A stretch of DNA of 64,000 bases from Lachnospiraceae bacterium (GTDB lineage: Bacteria; Bacillota; Clostridia; Lachnospirales; Lachnospiraceae): NCBI GenBank assembly GCA_017513005.1, contig JAFWDM010000045.1, forward strand, positions 7,388-71,387, written 5' to 3'. This document shows, in pieces, positions 36,259 to 45,652 of this stretch; position 1 is the stretch's first letter; the number at the start of each line of letters is the position of its first letter. Made by a program: the position numbers and the translations under genes. Below the pieces are notes generated by a model, which ran no database searches, was not told the origin of the DNA, and was given only the letters and a program-made list of their open reading frames with translations.

Positions 36259-37683
36259 TCATTTCCCCGTAAGGATTTCAACCGCTTCGCGCAGGGTCGA
36301 GTCCTCCCCGACGTTTCCGGGGAAAATCACGTAGGGCGTCTGCGGGAACCGGCTCTCCTTTCCGGTCTGCCAGACCGGGATACCGGGACGGATCTGTCCC
36401 AGAACGGTGGCGCATTTTACGGCAAGTGCTTTGGTGCCGATATCGCTGGAGGTGATACCGCCCTTGGCGATGACGAATGCGGGCGTGACCGTCAGCTGTC
36501 CCACCAGGGACTGCACGGCTTCAGAGATGCGGACGGCGAGCCGGAGGTCATCTTCCTTGTTGCCGGTGTCCGCGGTAATGAGCGTGCGGGTCGTGTAGCA
36601 GCAGACGGTCCTGCCTCTGCGGATACAGTCTTCTTCTATGGCGAGGCACCTGCGGACTTCCTTTTCAAAAGCGTTTTCATAGCGAACCAGTGCTGCGTCG
36701 AGCTCGACAAATTCGATGTCGGGGAGCTTTTTGAGGGCTTCGAGCTGGGCAGTAGTCTTGTTGGTATGTGAGCCAATGATGATGATGCCGCCGTTTGCGG
36801 TCTCTTTGACGATCATCTGCTCTCTCGTCAGAAGGGGCTGGTCTGTGACACCGCCCATGACTTTGACGATGGAAGCCGCCGTGCGGAACAGAAAGACCTT
36901 CCCCTTTGCCATTGCCCTGAAAAGCGCGATGCAGAAAACCTTCAGATCCGCGTAGTCCACGGCGTTGACGATGATTTTGTTGAAGTTCCGTACGGAGAGA
37001 AGCTGTGTCTCGATTTTGTCAAAATCCATCGCATGGAGATCTTCCAGTGCGATACAGGTGACGTCTGCCGCCCTGTAGGCGCCTCCGGTTTTTTCCTCGA
37101 CGTAGGCAGGCAGGGAATCCGCCCTGTATCCGAAGGTTCTGTCCCTGGCAAATTCTGTTTCGCAGGCATTTACCAGTTTGTCCCCGTATTTTACGTAGTG
37201 TACATTTTCCAGTGTAAAGCGTCCGCCCTCCTTAAAAAAAGGGCAGAGGATCTCACCGTCGATTTTTTTGCCCGTGTATTTTTCATAATCGCCTTTCAGC
37301 AGCTCGGTTTCCAGAGGATAGTGTCCGCGCAGGGTGGAGTCGCTGCGGCTGATGTAAATATAGTCCCGGCCGGTCTCCCTGGCCACCGCATCCACAACAG
37401 CGGCGATCTCATGGTGGGCTTTTTCGGTCTCCTGTGCAGTAAACCCACGGGAGTTGGTCAGGATGTAAAACAGATTGTTTTCCTCCAGGAAAGCGGCCAG
37501 GATAGTGTCGTGGTTCCAGCCTGTGTAGACATGGATATCGTGAACCGTCTGCACGCCGGTGGGGTCATCATCGAGGACGACGATTTTTTTATTGCTTTTC
37601 CGGATCTCTTTCGCCAGAAGCGCATCCGCCGCTGCCTCGTTGATTTTCTGATAGGAAGTCAGAATGTTTGCATGGATCGACAT
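36259..37683 (-). CDS. Second DUF1537 acid-sugar kinase (DDDPTG subtype)
   Basis: VVLDDDPTGVQTVHD, SRSDSTLRGH, ETEFARD, FRTAAS, AKGGITSSD and FPGNVG motifs. Confidence 0.88.
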   Translation of the reverse strand: MSIHANILTSYQKINEAAADALLAKEIRKSNKKIVVLDDDPTGVQTVHDIHVYTGWNHDTILAAFLEENNLFYILTNSRGFTAQETEKAHHEIAAVVDAVARETGRDYIYISRSDSTLRGHYPLETELLKGDYEKYTGKKIDGEILCPFFKEGGRFTLENVHYVKYGDKLVNACETEFARDRTFGYRADSLPAYVEEKTGGAYRAADVTCIALEDLHAMDFDKIETQLLSVRNFNKIIVNAVDYADLKVFCIALFRAMAKGKVFLFRTAASIVKVMGGVTDQPLLTREQMIVKETANGGIIIIGSHTNKTTAQLEALKKLPDIEFVELDAALVRYENAFEKEVRRCLAIEEDCIRRGRTVCCYTTRTLITADTGNKEDDLRLAVRISEAVQSLVGQLTVTPAFVIAKGGITSSDIGTKALAVKCATVLGQIRPGIPVWQTGKESRFPQTPYVIFPGNVGEDSTLREAVEILTGK

Positions 37684-37779
37684 TTTTACACTCCTTCTTT
37701 TGTCAGAGGCGCCGGGCGCCGGTGCCTTTTGTGAAAAATTCGTAAAATGCCTGCTTTCTTTCGTGTTTGACCGGCAGGT

Positions 37780-38667
37780 TTACTCCGGACGTCTTACCTC
37801 GCAGTCGGCAAGTTTTTCAAAATACCGGACGATTCCGCCGTGGTCGTCATTCATGCGGCCATGAATCTTGAGAGTCTGCAGGATCTCATAGAGCTGCGCC
37901 GTATAGGGGACCGGCACATCGACCGCATGGGCGGCGTTCACGCAGTTTTTGATATCCTTGTGGTTGATCCGGATCGGGCCGCCGGGCTTGAAATTGCGTT
38001 CCAGGATCATGGGGATCTTTGCGTCCAGGACGGCGCTTCCCGCCAGTCCGCCGCGGATCGCATGGTATACCTTCTCCGGGTCCGCGCCTGCTTTGGCGGC
38101 AAAGACGAAGGCTTCGGAGACGACCGCGATCGTGTTGTTGACGATCATCTGGTTCGCAAGCTTTGCCGTGGCACCGCTCCCGCTGGGACCGATCAGGAGC
38201 GCGGATTTTCCCAGAATATCAAAATACGGTTTCATGGCATCGAAGTCCTCCCGGTCACCGCCGCACATGATCGCCAGAGTCCCTTCGACTGCGCCGGCCT
38301 CTCCCCCGGAAACAGGTGCATCAACAAACCCGACCCCCTTTTCCTTCAGTTTCTCATAGCAATACTGCGACTCGGCAGGCATGACGGAGCTCATGTCACA
38401 GACGAGCGCACCGGGTCTGATGGTCGAGACGACACCGTTTTCCCCGAACAGAATGGATTTCACGATATTTCCGTCAGGAACCATCGTGATGATGACGGGG
38501 CAGGTGGAGCCGATCTCCGCAAAGGAAGCCTCCCTGCCGCCGGCTGCCGTGACGTCGGCGACCGCCTCCCTGTTCAGATCCGCGCAGAAGACTTCGACCC
38601 CTGCCCGGAGAAGGTTCTTTGCCATCGGCCTGCCCATGATTCCAAGGCCTATAAATCCTGCTTTCAT
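37780..38667 (-). CDS. garR: beta-hydroxyacid dehydrogenase (tartronate semialdehyde reductase-like)
   Basis: GFIGLGIMG, DAPVSGG, KLANQ and IRGGLAGSAVLDAK. ATG 38667 follows RBS ggaggg. Substrate not established. Confidence 0.8.
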   Translation of the reverse strand: MKAGFIGLGIMGRPMAKNLLRAGVEVFCADLNREAVADVTAAGGREASFAEIGSTCPVIITMVPDGNIVKSILFGENGVVSTIRPGALVCDMSSVMPAESQYCYEKLKEKGVGFVDAPVSGGEAGAVEGTLAIMCGGDREDFDAMKPYFDILGKSALLIGPSGSGATAKLANQMIVNNTIAVVSEAFVFAAKAGADPEKVYHAIRGGLAGSAVLDAKIPMILERNFKPGGPIRINHKDIKNCVNAAHAVDVPVPYTAQLYEILQTLKIHGRMNDDHGGIVRYFEKLADCEVRRPE

Positions 38668-38779
38668 AGTTTCGGTTTTCCCTCCTTTGTACAAAGATGC
38701 AAGAACAGACGCCGCATGCGCCGCACTTCCGGGGATCCCGGTTAACGGAGCGTATGGGCGCATGAAAAAAGAAGAAACA

Positions 38780-38817
38780 TTTTAAAGATTTCACTTTTAA
38801 AGATTTCACAAAGTATA
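38780..38817 (-). promoter_or_regulatory. -10-like TATACT followed by a perfect 15-bp tandem repeat upstream of the acid-sugar operon
   Basis: ttttaaagatttcac twice (38780-38794, 38795-38809); minus-strand tatact at 38817-38812. Confidence 0.4.
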
Positions 38818-39016
38818 CATTTACGATACAAACGGGTTATAGACGCGTTTATATGCCGTTAGTGTACGTTGAATACAATGAGTATCCACCGTTGTTAACC
38901 GGCACAGCGCGTTTTTCGCAACTGGAGGTTAGTTGTATATAAGTGCGCGGCTGCTTAATCGAGGGGCAGGCGGAAGGAGAGAAATGGCAGGCGGAAGGAG
39001 AGAAACAGCAGAAAAC

Positions 39017-41413
39017 ATGATCAAAAGCAGAGTCACCAAAAGCAAATGCATTGAAAGCAAAGTCATCAAAAGGATACTCATCAAAAGGATACTCAGAGGG
39101 AGCATCGGTGCAGTTCTCGCCGCAGTCGTGTCCGCCGGGATTCTGGCGGGATGCGGTTCCGGAAGCCCCGCAGGCACGGGGCAGGAAAAAACATCAATCG
39201 ATCCGGATGTCGTCTTTCGCGTGATCGATTCGCCGATGGAAAAAATCCCCATGAGCGCATCGGAAGATGCGGGTGAAGACGATCCCGGCGATATGGATAG
39301 CTACACGAGCCCGGATGACAGCGACGGTCTTATCCGGGGGATTACGGCGGTCGACGGCAGATATTACGTCATATATACGGTCTATGGATCGGAGGACGGA
39401 TCCTGGCTGTGCAGCTTTGATAAAGAGGGGAAAAATGCGCAGACTTTGCGCGTTCCTTCTCCGGAAAACGGGTGGATATCCGGAACCGGTATCCAGAAGG
39501 ACGGCAGCGTCATCGTTCTCAGAAGCGTTTACGAGGAGGGCAGCGACAGCTCTGAGTGGCATCTTTCCTCACTTGCCCCTCCTGAGGAAGCCTCCGGGGA
39601 CCGCGGCGCAGAGATGACGGAAAACTGGGATCAGGTGGTGGAGGCAGACGAGGACTTTTATGTGCGCAATATCATCTGCAGTGACCGGTATATCGTTATG
39701 CTCACAGAGAATGATCTGCGGATCCATTCCGCCGGGGACGGGAAGGAACTGAAGAAGGCCGGACTTCCATCGGCCGGGTTTTACGGAGGAATCTGCCTGA
39801 ACGGGGAAGGAGACTTCATCCTGGCCGGCTCCGGATCCGGCACCGGAGGGAGTTCCGCCTGGAAGCTGGATCCGGAAAAGGGCACTTTTGCAGAGGCGAA
39901 GCTTTCTGCAGAAGGTTTTTATAATTTTGACAGCATTTCCTCCGGACACAGCGGGTATGATTTTTTCGGCGCAAGCGAAGCGGGGATATTCGGGTTCAGA
40001 CTTGACGGATCGGAACCTGTCGAAATCGTGGATTTCATTGCTTCCGATCTGAGCCTGAACTGGGTACAGGGCTGCGCGCTCCTGTCCATGGACAGTGCGA
40101 TAGTGCATTCCCATACCGGCAGCGGCGGCATGAGTGTGGAGCTTCTGAAAAAAGCAGACCCCTCGACCGTCGGGGAAAAAACCGTTTTGACGCTCGGCTG
40201 CAACTATGCGGAAGCCGACCTCAGGAAGGCTGTGGTCAACTTTAACAAGTCGAACGACAGGTACAGGATCAACATTCAGGAATACCGCTATGACGAAGAA
40301 GGGGGCAACAGGCTCAACACAGAGATCGCGGCGGGAAACATCCCGGACCTGATCGACGTCTCCGCGGATATGCCGGTTGAAAGCTATGCTGCCAAGGGAC
40401 TGTTCGAGGATCTGGAGCCGATGTTTTCATCGGATCCGGATATTTCCGGAAATGCATACCTTGAAAATGTGCTGGATGCATTCCGGATCGACGGGAAAAT
40501 GGTCTTCGTCACACCCGATTTCGGCGTCATCGGCATGATGGGCAGGAAGAAGGATTTCGGAGATTCGAAAGGCGTGAAGATTTCCGATCTGGAAAGGATG
40601 ATACGAGACAGGAACATCGGCTATGATACCGCCCTGGGCCTCGCAAGCCGCGAGTCCGTCCTCTATATGGTCATGTACTTCGCGACCGATCAGTTTGTGG
40701 ACTGGAACAGCCTGACTTGCAGCTTTGATTCCGATTCGTTTATCAGCCTGCTCAGGTTCACGGAAAAATTCCCCGAAACGCTCAATTACGATGCGGTTGA
40801 CTGGGAAGCACAGGAGGCACTGATGCTGGAGGGGAAACAGCTGGTCCGCGACACGTATCTGTATGACTTTGACACCTGGATGCGGGAACGCTACGTATAT
40901 ATCGGGGAAGAGGCTTCCTTCATGGGGTATCCCGGAAACGGAGAGAACGGTCCTGTGCTGCAGACGACTGCCATGATCGCCATGAGCCATGCGACAAAGG
41001 AGAAAGAGGCCTGCTGGGACTTTCTGCGCACTTTGTATCTGGATGAATATCAAAACAATATAGAGTATGGTTTTCCGGTCAGCAGAAAGGCACTCCTGGC
41101 AGAAGCAGAGAAGGCCATGCAGCCCAGGACCTATACCTATACGGATGAGGAGGGGAAAAAGGTTACGGAAGAAATCGAGAGCTCCATGTTCCTGAACGGA
41201 AAGCAGATCAGGATGCCCCGGCCGCAGCAGAAGGACATCGACGAGGTCATGCGCATCCTGGAGAATGCCCATGCCAGAATGATGATCGATGAAAATATTT
41301 CCAGGATCATCAATGAGGAGACCGGCGCGTTTTATGCAGGCCAGAAGACGGCGGAGGAGACCGCAGATATTATTCAGAGCAGGGTCAGTGTCTATATCAG
41401 GGAAACGAAATGA
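39017..41413 (+). CDS. Large extracellular solute-binding lipoprotein (N-terminal beta-rich domain plus family-1 SBP domain)
   Basis: Lipobox ILAG-C, and VVNFNKSNDRYRI, LNTEIAAGNIPDL, AWDF-like CWDFL, GFPV and EET.AFYAGQKT motifs. ATG 39017 is preferred over 38933. Confidence 0.8.
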   Translation: MIKSRVTKSKCIESKVIKRILIKRILRGSIGAVLAAVVSAGILAGCGSGSPAGTGQEKTSIDPDVVFRVIDSPMEKIPMSASEDAGEDDPGDMDSYTSPDDSDGLIRGITAVDGRYYVIYTVYGSEDGSWLCSFDKEGKNAQTLRVPSPENGWISGTGIQKDGSVIVLRSVYEEGSDSSEWHLSSLAPPEEASGDRGAEMTENWDQVVEADEDFYVRNIICSDRYIVMLTENDLRIHSAGDGKELKKAGLPSAGFYGGICLNGEGDFILAGSGSGTGGSSAWKLDPEKGTFAEAKLSAEGFYNFDSISSGHSGYDFFGASEAGIFGFRLDGSEPVEIVDFIASDLSLNWVQGCALLSMDSAIVHSHTGSGGMSVELLKKADPSTVGEKTVLTLGCNYAEADLRKAVVNFNKSNDRYRINIQEYRYDEEGGNRLNTEIAAGNIPDLIDVSADMPVESYAAKGLFEDLEPMFSSDPDISGNAYLENVLDAFRIDGKMVFVTPDFGVIGMMGRKKDFGDSKGVKISDLERMIRDRNIGYDTALGLASRESVLYMVMYFATDQFVDWNSLTCSFDSDSFISLLRFTEKFPETLNYDAVDWEAQEALMLEGKQLVRDTYLYDFDTWMRERYVYIGEEASFMGYPGNGENGPVLQTTAMIAMSHATKEKEACWDFLRTLYLDEYQNNIEYGFPVSRKALLAEAEKAMQPRTYTYTDEEGKKVTEEIESSMFLNGKQIRMPRPQQKDIDEVMRILENAHARMMIDENISRIINEETGAFYAGQKTAEETADIIQSRVSVYIRETK

Positions 41414-41442
41414 GGTCACGGGCATTGCGCGATAAAGAATAA

Positions 41443-41490
41443 AAAAGGTCCCGCTATCGGCAGGAAAACTGCTGATAGCGGGGCCCTTTT
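41443..41490. terminator. Bidirectional intrinsic terminator between convergent SBP and KamA-family genes
   Basis: aaaaggtcccgctatc / gatagcggggcccttt stem, flanked by A and T tracts. Confidence 0.75.
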
Positions 41491-41503
41491 CACGGACAGG
41501 AAT

Positions 41504-42610
41504 TCAGAGCCAGCACTGATCCTCTTCGACCGGCCGCGTGAAGATCTGTCCGCGTTTTTGGGGGGATTTGGCCTGATGATATCTGAACATCATGTTGCGC
41601 CCGTCGATCCTCCCCAGGATCTCGATTTTTCCCTCTTCGTGGGAGAGGGCGTAGCGGAAGGACTTGCCCAGGCCGTTTTGCCGGGAAGCGGCCGCCTGGA
41701 CGATGTCCGCACCTTTGGGTAGGGGAACCTGGAACCGGCCCTTGACGCCCCGCACGGGGCGGCACTGGAAGATGTAATAGGGCTGTACGCCGATCGCAGT
41801 CAGCCTCTTTAAAAGCAGTCCGAGGACCTCCGGGTCGTCATTAATTCCGCGCAGAAGGACTGTCTGGTTGCGCACAGGGATACCGAGAGCCATAAGGTGG
41901 TCAACCGCCGCTGCCGATTCCTTTGTCACCTCGCGGGGGTGATTGAACTGCGTCACGACGTAGATCCGTTTTTCTTTACAATACTTTCCGAGAATAGACA
42001 GCAGCTCCAGATCGGAAGTGATCCTCTGGGGGAGTACGACAGGCGTCCGTGTGCCGAACCGGATCAGGTCAAGGTGCGGGATACCGGACAGGGATTCCAG
42101 ATAGAACCGGATCGTCTCATTGCTGTTCATGAAAGCATCCCCGCCGCTGATCAGGACGCTGGAGATCTCTTCGTGTGCCCGAATATAGGAAGCGATCTCG
42201 GTGATGTGGCCGGGCGTCTCGCCTTTTGAGAGTCCGATCATTCTCTTCCGGAAGCAGAACCGGCAGTACATGGCGCATTGGTTGGTTGAAAGGACCAGAG
42301 CGGTCTCCGGGTATTTGTGCTGGAGCCCTGTCAGGACGGTGTTCTCCTTTTCACCGCTGGTATCAAAGCTCCCGCCTGCCGATGCTTCTGCCAGATTCGG
42401 GATCGACATCATGCGGATCGGATCTTTCGGATCGTCGGTATCGATCAGCGAAAGATAGTAGGGATTGGTAAAAAAGGGAAATGTCCTCTGAACCTTCAAA
42501 AGAGCGGAAAGTTCTGACTTTGAAAAATGAAACAGGTGTTGAACCTGTCTGACATCCCGATATCCTTCTGATAGAATGTCCTGCCACGGAGTATTTATCC
42601 CACGAAACAT
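41504..42610 (-). CDS. KamA-family radical SAM/PLP amino-acid 2,3-aminomutase-like protein
   Basis: CAMYCRFC, SGGD, RTPVVLPQRIT, NQTVLLRGIND and a PLP-Lys in GK. ATG 42610 follows RBS aaggagg; the ORF-track extension to 42883 is not supported. Confidence 0.9.
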   Translation of the reverse strand: MFRGINTPWQDILSEGYRDVRQVQHLFHFSKSELSALLKVQRTFPFFTNPYYLSLIDTDDPKDPIRMMSIPNLAEASAGGSFDTSGEKENTVLTGLQHKYPETALVLSTNQCAMYCRFCFRKRMIGLSKGETPGHITEIASYIRAHEEISSVLISGGDAFMNSNETIRFYLESLSGIPHLDLIRFGTRTPVVLPQRITSDLELLSILGKYCKEKRIYVVTQFNHPREVTKESAAAVDHLMALGIPVRNQTVLLRGINDDPEVLGLLLKRLTAIGVQPYYIFQCRPVRGVKGRFQVPLPKGADIVQAAASRQNGLGKSFRYALSHEEGKIEILGRIDGRNMMFRYHQAKSPQKRGQIFTRPVEEDQCWL

Positions 42611-43093
42611 GTGTTGACCTCCTTTCTGTTTTCCGAAATCACCACATTTGAGATGACTTTTTTTGAGATGACTTTTTTTGAGACCGCTTTTTCTTAGAGC
42701 GGCTGTACCATTGTACAGCCAGACCAGAAACGTTGTACCAACATCGGGAAAAAGTAACAAGCCGACTGTTATCGACACTTCGGTCTTAGTCCGGGCAAGT
42801 GTCCCGTATTGACCGGGACATCTTTGGGCTGGAGGCATCATGGCCTTGTGTAAAAACGCTAAAGCGAACATAATGTATCGCAAAACAGAAATTTTATATT
42901 GTCATCAGCTATGAATCCTGCTACTCTGTTTTGTGGAGGGACAGGGCAGTTTTTTGCCATACCGGAAAAGGCTCTGCATTTTCAGGCCTGTCTGAAAGAG
43001 GAGACTGAACGCTTTTCCTGTCCCGAGACACCTCAAATGCCGCGCTCGTAAAGGGTCACCGGCATACACCAGGAGGAAAGGATCCGGCGTCTG

Positions 43094-44332
43094 ATGAAAA
43101 ATTTTATCTTTGTGTCACCGCATTTCCCGGAAAACTACCGGAACTTCTGCATTCAGCTCAGCGCTGACGGCGTCAATGTACTGGGGATCGGGGATACGCC
43201 CTACGATGCCCTGCATCCCGCGCTGCAGGAGGCGTTGACCGAGTATTACCGCGTCGACAGCATGGAGAGCTATGAGGACATGTACCGCGCGGTCGCGTAT
43301 TTCTGTTTTAAGCACGGAAGGATCGACGGGCTCGAGAGCAACAATGAGTACTGGCTGGAGCAGGACGCCAGGCTCCGCGAGGACTTCAATATCCCGGGCA
43401 TGAAGCCGGAGGAACTCTCCCGGATCAAATGCAAATCCGGCATGAAGAAATATTATGAACAGGCAGGGATCCCGTGCGCACGGTATCATCTGGTGACAGA
43501 CCTCGAAGGCAGTCTGGCCTTTATCGAAAAGGTCGGCTATCCGGTGATCGTAAAGCCCGACAACGGCGTCGGTGCAGCGGACACCTACAAGATCAGCACA
43601 GAAGAAGAGCTCCGGATTTTTCACGGGATGGATCCGGGGGGTGTGCAGTTCATCATGGAAGAATTCGTCTGCGGGGACGTCCATTCCTATGACGCGATCA
43701 TCGACAGTGAAGGCCGGCCTCTTCTCGAGACAGGGAACCACACGATGCTCTCGATCATGGATATCGTCAATGACCAGATGAGCTGCGCATTTTATATCAA
43801 AAAACAGATCGAGAAGGATCTGCGCGAAGCGGGGCGAAGGTGCGTGAAGGCCTTCGGGATCAAAAGCCGGTTCATCCACTTTGAGTTTTTCCGCCTGACC
43901 GCGGACCACGATCACCTCGGAAAAAAGGGCACGATCGTCGGCCTGGAGGTGAACCTGCGGCCGTCGGGCGGCTTCTCGCCGGACATGATGAACTATGCCT
44001 GCAGCACGGACGTATACAAGGACTGGGCGGACATGGTCGCATTTGACCGGCTTGTACGGGAGGAGGAGTCTTTAACAGGAGAGGTTTCGGGGGCCAGAGC
44101 TTCGGAAAAAGAGGCGAAGAAGTACTACTGCGCGTCCGTGGGGCTCCGGGACAGCCGCAAGTATGTGCACACGGACGAGGAGGTCAAGGCTGCATATGCA
44201 GACAGGATCGTACTGACGCAGCGCCTCCCCGAAGTGCTGGCGCATGCGATGGGGGATACCCTCTACCTCGCCAGATTTGAGACAAAAAAGGAAATGGATG
44301 CATTCTTCCGATTCGCGACGAAGGAGCAATAA
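43094..44332 (+). CDS. ATP-grasp domain protein (uncharacterised clostridial family)
   Basis: GYPVIVKPDNGVGA, MEEFV, HFEFF and LEVNLRPSGG motifs. Confidence 0.8.
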   Translation: MKNFIFVSPHFPENYRNFCIQLSADGVNVLGIGDTPYDALHPALQEALTEYYRVDSMESYEDMYRAVAYFCFKHGRIDGLESNNEYWLEQDARLREDFNIPGMKPEELSRIKCKSGMKKYYEQAGIPCARYHLVTDLEGSLAFIEKVGYPVIVKPDNGVGAADTYKISTEEELRIFHGMDPGGVQFIMEEFVCGDVHSYDAIIDSEGRPLLETGNHTMLSIMDIVNDQMSCAFYIKKQIEKDLREAGRRCVKAFGIKSRFIHFEFFRLTADHDHLGKKGTIVGLEVNLRPSGGFSPDMMNYACSTDVYKDWADMVAFDRLVREEESLTGEVSGARASEKEAKKYYCASVGLRDSRKYVHTDEEVKAAYADRIVLTQRLPEVLAHAMGDTLYLARFETKKEMDAFFRFATKEQ

Positions 44333-44372
44333 CCATTTTCCGGCTGACGGCCAGGGAGCAACAGCTGAAAAG

Positions 44373-44417
44373 AAAAAAGGAGACAGGGGGCAGATCTCAG
44401 CCTTCTGTCTCTTTTTT
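44373..44417 (+). terminator. Intrinsic terminator after the ATP-grasp gene
   Basis: aaaaggagacagg / cttctgtctctttttt imperfect stem with a T-tract. Confidence 0.6.
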
Positions 44418-44677
44418 ATTCCTGTGAGAGGCTCCCGGGATAGATATCTCCGGAATAGGAATATCCAGAACAGGGATCTCCGGGAGAGGCCCCGGGACAG
44501 TTCCCCGGGAGAGAGGTACATCTCTGTGCTTCCAACGGACAAAAAGGACTCTTTTCCCGGTCCGCAGCGCCTGAAAAAGTTTTGCGGTAGTGCTTTTGTG
44601 AAATGCGCTTATGGCTTATAATTGACATGGGGCAGGATGTTGAAAGAGACAGAAACTGCGTCCGGATACGAAGACGC

Positions 44678-44750
44678 TTTTATTCTTCATCGCGCAATAC
44701 CCGTGACTTCAGTCGTGGGATACGCGCGCAAGACTCGCAAGCGAGTCTTG
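44678..44750. repeat. Dispersed palindromic repeat, family 1, copy D (truncated, ends in a different hairpin)
   Basis: ttttattcttcatcgcgcaatacccgtgacttcagtcgtgggatacgcgcg followed by the hairpin caagactcgc-aa-gcgagtcttg. Confidence 0.85.
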
Positions 44751-44813
44751 ATTATTCAGAAACCGGCAGGCAGGGGCTTCATGCGAACCGGTCTGCGCAA
44801 AAGGAGATTCAGG

Positions 44814-45652
44814 ATGCGGATGAAAAGATTTCGTCTGCCTGCAGCGGCGCTGTGTGTGGTTTTTCTGCTTTTGGCTGCCTGCGGGGCGGCAGTCCCCTCT
44901 GACGGCCCCGGGCTGGGCAAATGGAGAAATTCCGATATTGCCGGCAGTATGCAGCGGGACGAAAAGATCCGGGTGCAGGACGATTTTGCCGCGGCGGTGA
45001 ATCAGGACTGGGCCTCGGGATCCTGATGCCCGGAGCCGTGACCCAGTCGGGGCTGGATCCGGCCGTATATCTGATGAAGATCGAAGGGCCCGATCGTCTG
45101 CTGGGGAGTGCGGAGGAGTACTTCAATCTGGATGCAGGCGGCATGGAGCAGCAGGAGTATGTGCGCAAGGTTACAGACCATGTGCTCGGTGCGCTGGGGT
45201 ATACGGAGGAGGAGATCCGGAGTCTCCTGGCAGATAACTACCGTTTTGAAAAAAAAGCTGCGGGTGCGGAGGTCAACCTGGCAGAGGATGAGGATAAGGC
45301 AATCTCCCTTTCCTTTGACGAGTGTGCGGAGGCCCTCCTCGAGGACTACCCTCTCGGCAGGATCCTGGATGCCTGGGGGGTGCCGCGGGACGTACAGTTC
45401 TATATGAACAGTAAAAGTGCGCGGAGGCTCTCTGCGCTGTACACACAGGAGAATATCCCGCAGATCAGGGCGATGCTGACGGTCCACCTGGTGATGGAGA
45501 CGGCATCCTGGCTCGATCGGGAGACGGTGGATCTGGCCCAAAAGGCAAAAGAGGGCAGGCTTCAGGAAGCACCGGAGAGCAGTCTCCCGGAGGAAAGAAG
45601 AGACCAGTATCTGCAGCAGACGCTGCGGAGAGGAGGTAAACGTGAATCATGA
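44814..45652 (+). pseudogene. M13 (neprilysin/PepO-like) lipoprotein peptidase, internally deleted, frameshifted and C-terminally truncated
   Basis: Lipobox LLAA-C and the M13 N-terminal motif QDDFAAAVNQDW stop at 45026. A second frame from about 45010 continues with mid-M13-like sequence (EEYF...ALGYTEEE...YRFEKK). No HExxH domain follows. Confidence 0.72.

Noticed and set aside
42611-42883. 91-aa N-terminal extension of the KamA-family protein
   Set aside because: A strong RBS precedes ATG 42610, and the extension merely reads through hairpins and the 15-bp repeats.
41504-44332. KamA-family enzyme plus ATP-grasp as a beta-amino-acid ligation pathway
   Set aside because: The genes are divergent and about 480 bp apart, and I have no evidence of conserved linkage.
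256-44750. Family-1 repeats as a CRISPR array or an autonomous IS
   Set aside because: The copies are kilobases apart with no repeat-spacer periodicity, and no cas, tnpA or tnpB gene is in the window.
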